Shown here: positions 8,137 through 18,967 of the stretch, piece after piece
Layout of the letters: the number at the start of each line of letters is the position of its first letter
How positions within the stretch are numbered: position 1 is the first letter of the stretch
Assembly: GCA_035568395.1 (NCBI GenBank)
Contig: DATMOF010000006.1
Coordinates: 28,393 to 92,392 of the forward strand
Direction: 5' to 3'
Source: Mucilaginibacter sp.
GTDB taxonomy: Bacteria; Bacteroidota; Bacteroidia; Sphingobacteriales; Sphingobacteriaceae
DNA: 64,000 bases
Program-made: the position numbers and the translations under genes
Notes under the pieces: generated by a model
The model's input: the letters and a program-made list of their open reading frames with translations, nothing else
Databases searched by the model: none
Told to the model about the DNA's origin: nothing

Positions 8137-11100
8137 TTATACCGTTTCTTCTTCCTGAACAGCGGGTACGTGATGGCCATTTAGTTTTGCTTGTTCATGC
8201 TCGTCCCCGGCATTCAATACGGCCAAAGGAATTCCGGTTACTCTTTCCTGTAATGCCTGGAAGATGACGAATAGCACAGGGATGACAAACAATCCGAGCA
8301 ATACGCCCGAAACCATCCCGCCCGCAGCGCCGATACTGATAGAGTGGTTACCCTGTGCCGACGGCCCTGTAGCTATGCTCATCGGGAACAACCCGAAAAC
8401 AAAGGCCATGGATGTCATCAGGATGGGGCGCAGCCTAAGCCTTGCCGCCTCAATTGCGGCGGCCACCAATGGCTGCCCCGCCTTTCGCCGCTGTACGGCA
8501 AATTCCACGATCAGGATGGCATTTTTAGCCAGCAGGCCGATCAGCATGATCAGCGCCACCTGTACGTATATATTATTTTCTATCCCGGTTAAACCAAGTA
8601 CGATGAATACGCCCAAAATACCTGTGGGGATAGAGAGAATAACAGCCAAAGGCAGGATATAGCTCTCGTATTGGGCAGATAATAAGAAATAAACAAATAC
8701 CAGGCACAACAAAAATATGATGGTCGATTGCCCGCCGGATGAGATCTCCTCGCGGGTTTGGCCCGAAAATTCATACGCAAAGCCCGACGGCAATTGCTCT
8801 TTAGCTGTTTTTTGTATCGCCTTTATGGCATCGCCCGAACTATAACCCGGTTTTGGGATGGCATTGATCTCGATGGAATTAAACAGGTTGTAACGCGAGG
8901 CTGTTTCGGAACCATATACACGGGTTAGTTTCACGAGCGTATTGATGGGCACCATGGCGCCGGCTTTGTTCTTTACAAACACGCGGTCGATAGACGCCGG
9001 GTCGGTCCTATCCGCTATATCGGCCTGTACCACCACGCGGTAATATTTACCAAAGCGGTTAAAGTCCGATGCCTGGGCGCTGCCGAAATAGGCCTGCATG
9101 GTTTGCAATATATCCTTAACACTTACGCCCAATTGATTGGCTTTGTCGTCGTCAACCTCCAATTGCAGCTGTGGGTAATCCGCCTTAAACGAGGTAAATG
9201 CGTAGGCAATCGCAGGCTCAGCCATCAGCTTGCCAATAAAATTATTGGCCACGCCGCTGAATTTATCCAGCCTGCCGCCGGTTTTATCCTGCAGCACCAC
9301 ATCCAAAGCTTCCACATTGCTAAAGCCCGGAACGGTTGGGAAACTGAACACGAAGAAGCTGCCGCCGGTTATAGCCGCCAGTTTGCCCCGCATAATATTC
9401 TGTATAGCGTTAATATCTTTCACCTCCCCGCGGTCTTTATTGGGTTTCAGCAACACAAAAAACACCGCTGCCGAAGGGCTGTTTGAAGATGTCAGCAGGT
9501 TAAAGCCGGATATGGCGGTAACGAACCTGGCTGCGGGCAGCGACCGTACTTCATCCTCGGCTTGTTTCAATATTTTTGTCGTACCGTCCAGCGATGTGCC
9601 CGACGGGGTGGATACCGACACGGCAATAAAACCCTGGTCCTCCGTAGGTATAAAACCCGATTTGGTGGTTTGCACCAGGTAAATAGTAACGGCTGTTATT
9701 AAAGCAAGCCCGCCCATGCTAACCCATTTATTACGGATCAGGAACTTTAACCCGCTAACGTACCTGTTGGTGATGGCGCTAAAGCTGCTGTTAAAGCCGG
9801 CATAAAACTTTTCTTTAAATCCTTTTTTAACAATCACTTCGCCTTCTTTGGCGGGATCGCTTTTTAAGAATAAGGCCGCTAAAGCAGGACTTAATGTTAA
9901 AGCGTTAACCGCTGATATAACAATAGCAATGGCCATGGTAAAGGCAAACTGCCTGTAAAATATCCCGGTGGAACCGGTCATAAAGCCAACCGGTAAAAAC
10001 ACCGCGGCCATTACCAGGGTAATGGATATGATGGCGCCGGTAATTTCGTGCATGGCTTCTTTTGTAGCTGCCTTTGCCCCCAGGTGCTTATGCTCCATTT
10101 TGGCGTGTACCGCTTCAACCACCACAATGGCATCATCAACCACAATACCTATCGCCAGTACAAGGGCAAACAAGGTTAACAGGTTAATGGTGAAGCCAAA
10201 CAGGCTCATGAAAAAGAAGGTGCCTATTATAGCTACCGGGACCGCTATAGCGGGAATTAAGGTCGACCTGAAATCCTGCAGGAAAACAAATACCACCAGG
10301 AATACCAGTATAAAGGCTTCCAGCAGCGTATGCTCAACCTGCGTGATCGACTCGTCGAGCGCGGTTTTGGTGCGATAAAAATTGTTGAATTTAATACCTG
10401 CCGGGAAATCCTTTGATGCTTTTTCCATCAGCTTATCCACAGCGATTTGTATCTCATTAGCATTTGAACCCGCAAGTTGAATGATGCCGATTGCAATGCC
10501 GTCGTGCCCGTTTAAGTGGGTTACGCTGGTATAGGAGTAGGCCCCCAGTTCAACCCTGGCTACATCCTTCAAATGCAGCACAGAACCATCTGCATTGGCA
10601 CGTAAAGCGATGTTTTCATACTCTTCCGGCCTGGTCAGTTTACCTTTGTATTTGATAATATATTCAAATACTTCCTTGCTTCGTTCACCCAGCTTTCCCG
10701 GGGCCGCTTCCAGGTTTTTATCCTGTATCGCGGCCATAACTTCGGCAGGCGTTATCTTGTAAGCCGCCATTTGACCGGGGTTAAGCCAAACCCGCATTGA
10801 ATAGTCCTTAACACCCCCAAATATGGTAGCCGAACCCACACCGGGTATCCGCTTCAGTTCGGGAATGATATTGATCTGCGCGTAGTTGGCAACAAAGGTC
10901 TGATCGTATTTTTTGTTGTCTTCGGTATACATACCCACCGCGCCTATCAAACTGTTTTGCTGTTTTGTGGTGGTGATACCCTGCTGTACCACTTCGGCCG
11001 GCAGCTGGCTGGTTGCCTGGGCCACACGGTTTTGAACGTTCACCGCGGCCTGGTCGGGGTTGGTGCCCTGTTTAAAGTAAACAGTGATAGCCAGGGTACC

Positions 11101-11355
11101 GTCGTTGCTGGCGGTTGAGCTCATATAGCTCATGTTCTCCACACCGTTGATCGATTCTTCCAGCGAAGGCGCTACGGAACGCAGCACGGTTTCGGCATTG
11201 GCGCCGGGGTAAACTGCCGCTACCAATACCGCCGGCGGGGCGATATCAGGGAATTGCTGCAAAGGCAATTTTGTTAAACCGAGTACACCCACTATCACCA
11301 GCAATACCGAGATCACTGTTGAAAGCACCGGTCTTTCTATAAATTTTTGAAACAT
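8137..11355 (-). CDS. RND efflux permease (AcrB/HAE1 family)
   Basis: MFQKFIERPVLS start (ATG 11355 preferred over 11397); GIVVDDAIVVVE, KNAILIVEFA and RLRPILMTS motifs. Confidence 0.95.
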   Translation of the reverse strand: MFQKFIERPVLSTVISVLLVIVGVLGLTKLPLQQFPDIAPPAVLVAAVYPGANAETVLRSVAPSLEESINGVENMSYMSSTASNDGTLAITVYFKQGTNPDQAAVNVQNRVAQATSQLPAEVVQQGITTTKQQNSLIGAVGMYTEDNKKYDQTFVANYAQINIIPELKRIPGVGSATIFGGVKDYSMRVWLNPGQMAAYKITPAEVMAAIQDKNLEAAPGKLGERSKEVFEYIIKYKGKLTRPEEYENIALRANADGSVLHLKDVARVELGAYSYTSVTHLNGHDGIAIGIIQLAGSNANEIQIAVDKLMEKASKDFPAGIKFNNFYRTKTALDESITQVEHTLLEAFILVFLVVFVFLQDFRSTLIPAIAVPVAIIGTFFFMSLFGFTINLLTLFALVLAIGIVVDDAIVVVEAVHAKMEHKHLGAKAATKEAMHEITGAIISITLVMAAVFLPVGFMTGSTGIFYRQFAFTMAIAIVISAVNALTLSPALAALFLKSDPAKEGEVIVKKGFKEKFYAGFNSSFSAITNRYVSGLKFLIRNKWVSMGGLALITAVTIYLVQTTKSGFIPTEDQGFIAVSVSTPSGTSLDGTTKILKQAEDEVRSLPAARFVTAISGFNLLTSSNSPSAAVFFVLLKPNKDRGEVKDINAIQNIMRGKLAAITGGSFFVFSFPTVPGFSNVEALDVVLQDKTGGRLDKFSGVANNFIGKLMAEPAIAYAFTSFKADYPQLQLEVDDDKANQLGVSVKDILQTMQAYFGSAQASDFNRFGKYYRVVVQADIADRTDPASIDRVFVKNKAGAMVPINTLVKLTRVYGSETASRYNLFNSIEINAIPKPGYSSGDAIKAIQKTAKEQLPSGFAYEFSGQTREEISSGGQSTIIFLLCLVFVYFLLSAQYESYILPLAVILSIPTGILGVFIVLGLTGIENNIYVQVALIMLIGLLAKNAILIVEFAVQRRKAGQPLVAAAIEAARLRLRPILMTSMAFVFGLFPMSIATGPSAQGNHSISIGAAGGMVSGVLLGLFVIPVLFVIFQALQERVTGIPLAVLNAGDEHEQAKLNGHHVPAVQEEETV

Positions 11356-11371
11356 GACTTTTAGTTTTGGA

Positions 11372-11471
11372 GAGTCAGGATGAAAGTCAAGAAACAAGAC
11401 TGACCTATTGGTCTGCCTGGTGCTTAATTCCCTGGTCTTATCTTGACTCCTGGTTCTTGATTTCTTGACTC
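11372..11471. repeat. Intergenic imperfect inverted/tandem repeat element
   Basis: AGTCAAGAAA (11385-11394) is the reverse complement of TTTCTTGACT (11461-11470), with iterated TCTTGA units between them. Confidence 0.6.
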
Positions 11472-12665
11472 TTATTTGTTAATTTTTAAAACCGCAACCT
11501 TATCGGCTGCTTTTTCAGGATGGATAACTGTACCTTCCTGCAAATGGTCAATACCGCTTAGTACGAGCTGGTCGCCGGCTTTAACGCCATCCTTAACCAA
11601 GTAATTGGCGCCGCTTTTACCTATAATGGTGATCGGTACCTTTTTTACCTTGTTGCTGTCAGCAACCGTAAACACAAATACTTTATCCTGCATCTCGATC
11701 GTAGCCGACTCCGGCACGATCAATGCATCCTTGTGCGAGAGGCTCAGGCGTATCTTCCCGGTATTGCCCGATCGTAATAAACCCTGCGGGTTGTTAAAAC
11801 TGGCCCGCAATGTGATAGCCCCGGTAGTTTTATCGAACTGGCCGTCTATCATATCTATTTTCCCCTGTTTGGCATAAGCGCTGTTATCGGCGAGTAACAA
11901 TGACACAGGCGGCAATTGCCGTAATTTGTCCTTCAGGGTCGCGCCCGGATATTGCTCTTTAAAGCTTACGAAATCCTTTTCGCTTAGCGAGAAATAAACA
12001 TGCACATCGCGCACATCCGACAGCTGGGTTAACGCCTCAGCATCGGCCGGTGCAACAAGGCTGCCCTGTTTCTTCAGCAACCGGCCGATATAGCCGCTTA
12101 CCGGCGCCTTAATTAAGGTATAACCCAAATTGATCTGCGCGGTTGAAACATTGGCCCTGGCCTGTTCTATGTTCGCTTTGGCGATAGCATAAGCAGCCCT
12201 GGCTGTTTTTAACTGGTAGTCAGAAACAACCTTGTTTTGAACCAGCGGCGTCAGTTTATCGATCTCGATCTGTGCGTTTGCCGCTGCGCCCTCGGCAGCA
12301 TGCTGGCTGGCAATGGCATTGTTTAAAGCGGCGCGGTAAGGCTGTTCGTTAATTTTAAATAAAGGCTGCCCTGCATTTACAAAGGAACCTTCGTCGACAA
12401 ATACCTTATCAAGCGTGCCGCCTACCTGCGGGCGGACCTCCACGTTTACGGTACCTTCTATTGATGCAGGATATTCCTGGTAGGTTGTATCAGTACCGGT
12501 TACTATTGTTGCGACCGGCAATGATGGCGGCGGAGGAGGAGGCGGAGCCGCCGGGCTCGAGGTGCAGCTATATATCGTAATACTGATTAAAACCGCGATG
12601 ATGAACTTAACAACGTTAAACTGTTTAATATTGTTAAGTAACTGGTAAGATGAGTGCATTTGCAT
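11472..12665 (-). CDS. RND efflux periplasmic adaptor (MFP)
   Basis: VEVRPQVGG, GYTLIKAPVSGYIG and TGAITLRASF motifs; lipoprotein-like N-terminus followed by a poly-Pro linker. Confidence 0.95.
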   Translation of the reverse strand: MQMHSSYQLLNNIKQFNVVKFIIAVLISITIYSCTSSPAAPPPPPPPSLPVATIVTGTDTTYQEYPASIEGTVNVEVRPQVGGTLDKVFVDEGSFVNAGQPLFKINEQPYRAALNNAIASQHAAEGAAANAQIEIDKLTPLVQNKVVSDYQLKTARAAYAIAKANIEQARANVSTAQINLGYTLIKAPVSGYIGRLLKKQGSLVAPADAEALTQLSDVRDVHVYFSLSEKDFVSFKEQYPGATLKDKLRQLPPVSLLLADNSAYAKQGKIDMIDGQFDKTTGAITLRASFNNPQGLLRSGNTGKIRLSLSHKDALIVPESATIEMQDKVFVFTVADSNKVKKVPITIIGKSGANYLVKDGVKAGDQLVLSGIDHLQEGTVIHPEKAADKVAVLKINK

Positions 12666-12709
12666 GGTGTAGTTTGTATTGATTTGATGTGAATTTTAAC
12701 TTGATTTAT

Positions 12710-12740
12710 TTAACACCGTTAAATTTTTTAACAGTGTTTT
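12710..12740. promoter_or_regulatory. Putative TetR operator pair (TTAAC-N3-GTTAA)
   Basis: TTAACACCGTTAA at 12710-12722 and the degenerate TTAACAGTGTTTT at 12728-12740, upstream of the MFP gene. Confidence 0.7.
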
Positions 12741-12756
12741 AACATATATAAAAAAA

Positions 12757-13356
12757 TTACGCTTTTAGCGACCCGATAATGCCGCTGATAGCTGTTTTAA
12801 GTACCTCGTGAGTGATCTCCTCAGAAGTGCGGCGACGGACTACGTTTATGGAGATCAATCCATGTATAACCGACCAGAACGTATAATATTTAACGCTCAC
12901 ATCGTCTTCGGTCGGCTTATCCGGAGCCATGATCTCTTCGATCACTCCGGCAACCAGATCATACGGAATATCGGCCTCCGGCAACTTTGCCGATAATTCG
13001 CAACAGCTAATGTTTAAACCAAACATTACCTGGTACAGTTCCTTTTCGGCAAACGCAAAGTTCCAGTAGGCCAGCCACATGGCTTCCAGCTGTTTTTCGG
13101 GTGAACGGTGTTTTTCTTTTGCCGCCTTCATATCCCGGGCAAGGATCAAAAATCCTTTTCTTGTCAGCTCAAGCAGTATCGCTTCCTTGTTTGAAAAGTA
13201 CTCGTATATAATAGGTGCGGTGTACTCGATGGCATCGGCTATCTTGCGCATGCTCAATGCGGGCCATCCCTCCTCCTTCACAATCTGCAGGGAAGCATCC
13301 AGGATGTTTATCCTGGTCTCCTCTTTCAATCGTAATATCCTGTCTTTACTTGCCAT
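12757..13356 (-). CDS. TetR/AcrR family regulator
   Basis: HTH LSMRKIADAIEYTAPIIYEYFSNKEAIL; C-terminal WHG-type WSVIHG. Confidence 0.95.
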   Translation of the reverse strand: MASKDRILRLKEETRINILDASLQIVKEEGWPALSMRKIADAIEYTAPIIYEYFSNKEAILLELTRKGFLILARDMKAAKEKHRSPEKQLEAMWLAYWNFAFAEKELYQVMFGLNISCCELSAKLPEADIPYDLVAGVIEEIMAPDKPTEDDVSVKYYTFWSVIHGLISINVVRRRTSEEITHEVLKTAISGIIGSLKA

Positions 13357-13379
13357 GTGCTTTATGCCTATTAAATAAT

Positions 13380-13392
13380 TTAACAGCGTTAA
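13380..13392. promoter_or_regulatory. Putative TetR autoregulatory operator
   Basis: TTAACAGCGTTAA, the same palindrome as at 12710, lies just upstream of the tetR start codon. Confidence 0.7.
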
Positions 13393-13541
13393 GCAAAAGT
13401 ATATTCTTTTTTTAAATCGATTGACATTATTTTGTCACAATATCATTTTTTACGACACTATAAAAATTAAATAAAAAAAACTGGCCAAGTAAAAATAAAG
13501 TATTTGTTGTAGATTTGGTGTAACAACTTTGTTATAATTGA

Positions 13542-14144
13542 ATGATGGCCGATCACAGTCCTGCTGTAAAAAAAGACGAGGACACATTAAGCAGAATCTA
13601 TTCCGGAGATAAAAGCTCTTTTGAGAAATTTTATAAACAATATTATAAAAGGTCATATATAGTAGCCTATCAATACACAAAACACCACGAGCAATCCGAA
13701 GAAATTGTTCATGATGTGTTTCTCAAAATTTGGAATAACGCTTCAACTCTACGAATAGTACATTCGCTTGACAGCTATTTATACCGGTCGGTCGTAAATG
13801 CTTCATTAAATTACATCAAAAAAGAAAAGAATAAAGCCGAAAAACACGACAAGTTCAGCCAGGATTTTGACGAGTTTGAAATGATGGATGAAGGTGCAGA
13901 AACACTGGAAAAGCGGCTTCTGCAGATAGAGCACGCATTAGAGAAACTTCCCCCTCAATGCAAAAAGGTAATGATGATGAGTAAGTTTGACAAATACAAA
14001 CAACAGGAGATTGCCGACTCATTGAACATCTCTGTTAAAACGGTAAAAAATCACCTCACCTATGGATATAAAAAATTAAAGGATTTTCTTGTTGACAAGA
14101 AGGCGTTTTTTTGGATCTTATTTATAGGACTTTTTAAATTTTAG
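13542..14144 (+). CDS. ECF RNA polymerase sigma-70 factor
   Basis: Region 2 EEIVHDVFLKIW; region 4 LPPQCKKV...EIADSLNISVKTVKNHL. Confidence 0.95.
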   Translation: MMADHSPAVKKDEDTLSRIYSGDKSSFEKFYKQYYKRSYIVAYQYTKHHEQSEEIVHDVFLKIWNNASTLRIVHSLDSYLYRSVVNASLNYIKKEKNKAEKHDKFSQDFDEFEMMDEGAETLEKRLLQIEHALEKLPPQCKKVMMMSKFDKYKQQEIADSLNISVKTVKNHLTYGYKKLKDFLVDKKAFFWILFIGLFKF

Positions 14145-14149
14145 TTGTC
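14125..14149 (+). promoter_or_regulatory. Putative ECF promoter, copy 1 (fecR)
   Basis: TAGGAC-N15-TGTC, overlapping the sigma 3' end, 27 nt before the fecR ATG. Confidence 0.7.
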
Positions 14150-14176
14150 TGATAAAAATATACCCGGCTAATAATC

Positions 14177-15205
14177 ATGATAAAGAACGAATTTAGTATT
14201 CCTCCATACGAACTGATCATTAGAAGTTTTGAGGAGCCGCTTTCGGCGGATGAACAGAAGCTACTGGCTTCATGGAGGGCCATATCGGCCACCAATGAGG
14301 ATCTGTATCAGCAGCTCAATTTGATCAGTGCCGACATTGAGCTGTTGCCGGTTTACCAAAGGTTAAATCCGGATGTTTCGTGGAATAAATTCAGCCTTTT
14401 GCTTGAAAAGCATCACGAGCCCGTTAATATTGTGGAATTGAATGCAAAGCCCGCAGGCAGTTTCATTAAAAAATTAAGTTGGGTTTTGCCCATCGCTGCA
14501 TCCCTCTTATTGGTTACCTGGTTCACTATCAATCAAAACCGTAATAATACTATCAATACCGTTACGCTGGTACGGTCGGGGTTACACCAGCATAAAAAAA
14601 TTGTATTAACAGACGGAACAGAAGTATTATTGAATGAAAACACGAGGGTTTCTTACAATAAATACAGTTACAATCAAAACAGGAAGATTGATTTATTGGA
14701 AGGAGAAGCGTTTTTTACTGTTGTTCACAATGCTGCAAGGCCCTTTAAAGTAAACATCGATAAAATTGTTGTTAAGGATATTGGGACAAGCTTCAATATT
14801 AGAAAAGAACAGCACGCAGTTGTCGTCGTTGTGAATTCAGGTATTGTTTCGTTAATAAACCAGGCGAACGGAAGTAATGTGCTGCTTAGAGCCAAACAAA
14901 AAGGAATTTATGATATGGCTTTAGATAATATTACATGGAGAGCCAACGAAGAAATAAATTACAAAGCCTGGGCGGATAAAAATTTGGAATTTATTAAGGC
15001 GCCGCTACAAGATGTGGTACGGGAATTAAAAGATACGTATGGCGCTGATATATATATTGAAGATAATGCCCTAAACAATAAAATATTGACTGCATCATTT
15101 AGAAATCAGCCCATCGATAGTGTATTAAATTTTATCGGCATGACGCTCCATATTAAAATAGAAAAAAGAGATAATACGTTTTATTTAAAAAAAGATTTAT
15201 TATAG
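14177..15205 (+). CDS. FecR family anti-sigma factor
   Basis: Single TM (WVLPIAASLLLVTWF); LTDGTEVLLNENT, LLEGEAFF and IGTSFNI motifs. Confidence 0.93.
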   Translation: MIKNEFSIPPYELIIRSFEEPLSADEQKLLASWRAISATNEDLYQQLNLISADIELLPVYQRLNPDVSWNKFSLLLEKHHEPVNIVELNAKPAGSFIKKLSWVLPIAASLLLVTWFTINQNRNNTINTVTLVRSGLHQHKKIVLTDGTEVLLNENTRVSYNKYSYNQNRKIDLLEGEAFFTVVHNAARPFKVNIDKIVVKDIGTSFNIRKEQHAVVVVVNSGIVSLINQANGSNVLLRAKQKGIYDMALDNITWRANEEINYKAWADKNLEFIKAPLQDVVRELKDTYGADIYIEDNALNNKILTASFRNQPIDSVLNFIGMTLHIKIEKRDNTFYLKKDLL

Positions 15206-15218
15206 CATACGGGCAATC

Positions 15219-17792
15219 ATGTTGTATGTTCAAGGATGCCCGCGTCTTTCAATAAAAAGAAAGAAATTATCATGTTTTTTTATTTTGCTGCTATTGAGCA
15301 TTTGTTCTCTGAAAGCCCAAACGAAAAGGATTACCATTGATTTTGAGAATTGTTACCTGGAGACGGCACTCACAAAGCTTATAACCGATTTAAACGTTCC
15401 GCTTTCATTTAATCCTGCATTATTGCCTATTGATAAAAAGATCAATAAAAAATTTACAGATGCTACTGTAAATGAAATTCTAGACTATTTATTGTCGGAA
15501 ACTGAATTGTTCTATAAGGTTTCAAACAATGAATTTATAATTATAAAAGATAAAAATAAACCCATTGTTTTAAGCGGGCATTTTAAGGACTTGGAAACCA
15601 GGGAAGACATCATCGGTGCATCTTTGTACACGCCAGAACTTAATAAAGGTGTTTCTACGAATAATTACGGGTATTACGCTCTGGCCATTCCAAAGGGTAA
15701 TTATACTTTTTTGATCTCTCATATCGGGTATAAAAAGAAAACCATATTTCTGTCGTTAAAGAATTCTAAGATAGTTGATATAATGCTCGAAAAGCAAACA
15801 GATACGCTGAAAGAAGTAACGATCCAGTCGCCCGATGGCTACAGCGATACACTTTTATCGGGTATCCCCGGAAAATCGTTATCCACAACTTTTATTCAAA
15901 AACATCCTGCATTAGGTGGCGAAGCGGACATCATTAAGATAGTAAGAATGCAAAGCGGCGTTGTGGGGGGTACCGAAGGGAGCAATAGTTTGTTTATAAG
16001 AGGGGGCGGTAACGACCAAAATTTAATATTGATGGATGAAGCACCCATATATAATCCCGCTCATTTATTTGGATTGGTTTCTATTTTCAACCAGGATGCT
16101 GTAAGTAATGTGCAACTATATAAAGATGAGATGCCGGCCAATTTTGGTGGGCGATTGTCGTCTATAGTAGATGTTAGCATGCTTGAAGGAAATAAACAAA
16201 GCTTTCATATCAAAGGAGGTGCAAGTTTTTTATCTGCCCGGCTTGCTGTTGAGGGGCCTTTAAAACGCGACCGGGGTTCATTTTTGTTAACTTTTAGACG
16301 AGGCCTTACTGATTTTATAAACAATAACTTTCAATTATTTAATTTGAAAGCCACTTACTACGATCTTAATGCCAAATTCAATTACACCATTGATGCGAAT
16401 AACAGGGTGTTCCTTTCTGTCTATTATGGTGTCGATCATCTATTATCCAGTAATGCGTATAGAAATAGCTGGGGAAACAAAACAACAACCCTAAGATGGA
16501 ACCACCTGTTCAATTCGCGGGTGTTCTCCAATTTATCTGCCATCTACAGCAACTATAATAATCAGCTTAATATTGATGCCTCGAAAGCAGATAGAAGATT
16601 TAATTGGATAACCGGTATTGAAGATTTTACGTTAAAGGAAGATTTTACTTTTTATTATAAGCCCGAAAGTAATATTAAATTGGGTTTCAATGGAACTCTT
16701 CACAAGTTTATTCCGGGTGAATCGCCCGATAGGGCCCGGGATTCTATACCTGTAAATAATTTAAGGGTAAATGCGCTCGACCTGGCGGTTTACATCAGTC
16801 ACAATCTTTTTATCGGAACTAAATTCCAGGCAAACTACGGCCTTCGCGCCAACATGTTTAAAAACACTCCGGAGGATAAACTGTTTCAAAATACGAACAA
16901 TCAAAATAGCAATGGGCAAAACAGTTCAAATGGTTCCGCAGTAACTTTTGTAAATTTTGAACCAAGATTGTTTTTACAATTTAAATTGAACAAAACTCAA
17001 CAAGTACATGCGGCCTATAACCGCAATTATCAATACATCCAATTGGTACAGGATAATGAATTATCCTTTTCATCTTTAGAAACATGGATCCCTTCAAGCA
17101 CCTATATTGCCCCCCAAAAAGCCGACATTTTTTCTCTCGGCTACAAAGTCAGATTCAACAATCTTACAATGTCAGCCGATGGATATTATAAAAAATTGTC
17201 CAATCAGCTGGATTTAATAGATCATGCGCAAATCATTTTAAACCATAGTGTCGAGCACCAGCTTCGCGTTGGTAAATCGGATGCATATGGTACCGAAATT
17301 AATATTATAAAAAACTGGAACAAATTCAATGGCATCCTTGGCTATTCATACACGAGGGTATATAAGCAAATAGCCGGCATTAATAATAATAACCCCTATC
17401 CGCCGGACTACGACGTTCCGCACAACTTTAAGTTAAGTTCATCCTACCAGTTTACCTCCAGGTTGTCCTTAAATTCTTTTTTTATCTATCGGACAGGCAA
17501 GCCGGTAACACTTCCTGTTGGTTATTACACAGAAGGCGGGCGTATGATCCCTATTTTCGAAGACCGCAATTCGTCCCGCTTCAGCGATTACAACCGGCTT
17601 GATCTTAGCCTGGAATTAAAACCATCAGTCATAAAAAACAACAATCGGCACTGGCAAAGTACCTGGCTATTTGCAATTTACAATGTTTATAATAAGAAAA
17701 ACCCATTATTTTATATCATCGATAAGACGTCATCCGCAAATAATATAGGTTCGGGTATTGTTCCAAGTATTACTTACAATTTTAAATTTTAA
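15219..17792 (+). CDS. TonB-dependent receptor with N-terminal signalling (STN-like) extension
   Basis: Plug motifs IRGGGNDQNLILMD and PANFGGRLSSIVD; C-terminal YNFKF. Confidence 0.9.
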   Translation: MLYVQGCPRLSIKRKKLSCFFILLLLSICSLKAQTKRITIDFENCYLETALTKLITDLNVPLSFNPALLPIDKKINKKFTDATVNEILDYLLSETELFYKVSNNEFIIIKDKNKPIVLSGHFKDLETREDIIGASLYTPELNKGVSTNNYGYYALAIPKGNYTFLISHIGYKKKTIFLSLKNSKIVDIMLEKQTDTLKEVTIQSPDGYSDTLLSGIPGKSLSTTFIQKHPALGGEADIIKIVRMQSGVVGGTEGSNSLFIRGGGNDQNLILMDEAPIYNPAHLFGLVSIFNQDAVSNVQLYKDEMPANFGGRLSSIVDVSMLEGNKQSFHIKGGASFLSARLAVEGPLKRDRGSFLLTFRRGLTDFINNNFQLFNLKATYYDLNAKFNYTIDANNRVFLSVYYGVDHLLSSNAYRNSWGNKTTTLRWNHLFNSRVFSNLSAIYSNYNNQLNIDASKADRRFNWITGIEDFTLKEDFTFYYKPESNIKLGFNGTLHKFIPGESPDRARDSIPVNNLRVNALDLAVYISHNLFIGTKFQANYGLRANMFKNTPEDKLFQNTNNQNSNGQNSSNGSAVTFVNFEPRLFLQFKLNKTQQVHAAYNRNYQYIQLVQDNELSFSSLETWIPSSTYIAPQKADIFSLGYKVRFNNLTMSADGYYKKLSNQLDLIDHAQIILNHSVEHQLRVGKSDAYGTEINIIKNWNKFNGILGYSYTRVYKQIAGINNNNPYPPDYDVPHNFKLSSSYQFTSRLSLNSFFIYRTGKPVTLPVGYYTEGGRMIPIFEDRNSSRFSDYNRLDLSLELKPSVIKNNNRHWQSTWLFAIYNVYNKKNPLFYIIDKTSSANNIGSGIVPSITYNFKF

Positions 17793-18637
17793 TGCATCAT
17801 ATAAGAATTTATTGCTGTATTGCATTAAGCAACCTGCTTTTGACGCTAAGCTGCAAGAATTATGTTGTTACGCCACAATTTAAGCATAACAATAAAACTT
17901 ACGATATCGCGGTTGAGGGTGGGATAAATACATTTCAAACCACGCAATTTATCAGGCTGTCAAAACCGGCAATATTACCCAATAAAGACGTAGAACCAGT
18001 TAGTCAGGCTATTGTAAGCATTAGCGATGGAATTAATAAAGTATTTCTCAGGGAAACAAGTACGCCCGGAATATACACGGGCACCATCAATAACAACACA
18101 AATTACGACCGTCCATATACCTTGAATGTAACTTATGGCAAATCAGATTATGCTGCCACCGATACTTTGCGACGGGTGCCGGAGATTAATGTTAATGATT
18201 TGCCGTTTACCGCAAAAAAACTGGTTGACGGAAAAATTCAGCTAAAAATACCGAGACATATATTTGGCACATCATTTTCAGCGCGGTGGCTTATCACATC
18301 CCCTGGAAAAGAACGATGGAGCCCCGCCAGTTTAAACAAAAAGCTGGATTATAACTATTCTCATCAATATGGCTCGCCAAACACGTTATACCCAAGCACA
18401 CAAAAGATCAGCACGCGCACTTTGAATCCGGGGGATACAGTTACCGTTTACAAGTTTTCGCTGTCTGCATCTTATAGCAAATATCTGTATACTGTTTTTC
18501 AGGAAACGGATTTTAAAAACATATTCTCGTCGGTACCCGGCAAAATATATGGCAACGTTTCCAATAACGCCCTCGGTTATTTTTATTGTACCGATGTTAA
18601 GGTAAAACGCTATCTCGCCCGGGATCTGGTAAGATAA
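17792..18637 (+). CDS. DUF4249-like lipoprotein
   Basis: Lipobox LTLSC; IAVEGGI start; GNVSNNALGYF end; translationally coupled to the TBDR. Confidence 0.75.
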   Translation: MHHIRIYCCIALSNLLLTLSCKNYVVTPQFKHNNKTYDIAVEGGINTFQTTQFIRLSKPAILPNKDVEPVSQAIVSISDGINKVFLRETSTPGIYTGTINNNTNYDRPYTLNVTYGKSDYAATDTLRRVPEINVNDLPFTAKKLVDGKIQLKIPRHIFGTSFSARWLITSPGKERWSPASLNKKLDYNYSHQYGSPNTLYPSTQKISTRTLNPGDTVTVYKFSLSASYSKYLYTVFQETDFKNIFSSVPGKIYGNVSNNALGYFYCTDVKVKRYLARDLVR

Positions 18638-18902
18638 TTCCTGCTGTTCCTTTCCGGCTGCTTTTCCCTTCTTTTCCAGGGGTTATATAGGACTTTTGGA
18701 TCAATTAATTGTTTCCTGTTAAAGAGAATAACCATTAATTATTCACAATGATTTTAGGAATGCTTATTTACCTGATCAGGACGCTTTCAAAAATGCTAAA
18801 CGAAAAGTAGGGCTACCTCGCTTCTTGCCTAATCCGGCAAAACTAATTTTCTGATTTTAGTCCGTCACCCAGGCCAGGTTCAAAAGTTATTGCTCATCAA
18901 TA

Positions 18903-18927
18903 TAGGACTTTTAACACATCCTATGTC
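18903..18927 (+). promoter_or_regulatory. Putative ECF promoter, copy 2
   Basis: TAGGAC-N15-TGTC, 40 nt before ATG 18968. Confidence 0.7.
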
Positions 18928-18967
18928 TTTAATGTAATTAACTGTTTATCTATTTAAAACAAAGAAA

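Noticed and set aside
6847-13415. Numerous 60-150 aa ORFs inside the RND operon
   Set aside because: Alternative-frame or antisense shadows of well-supported genes.
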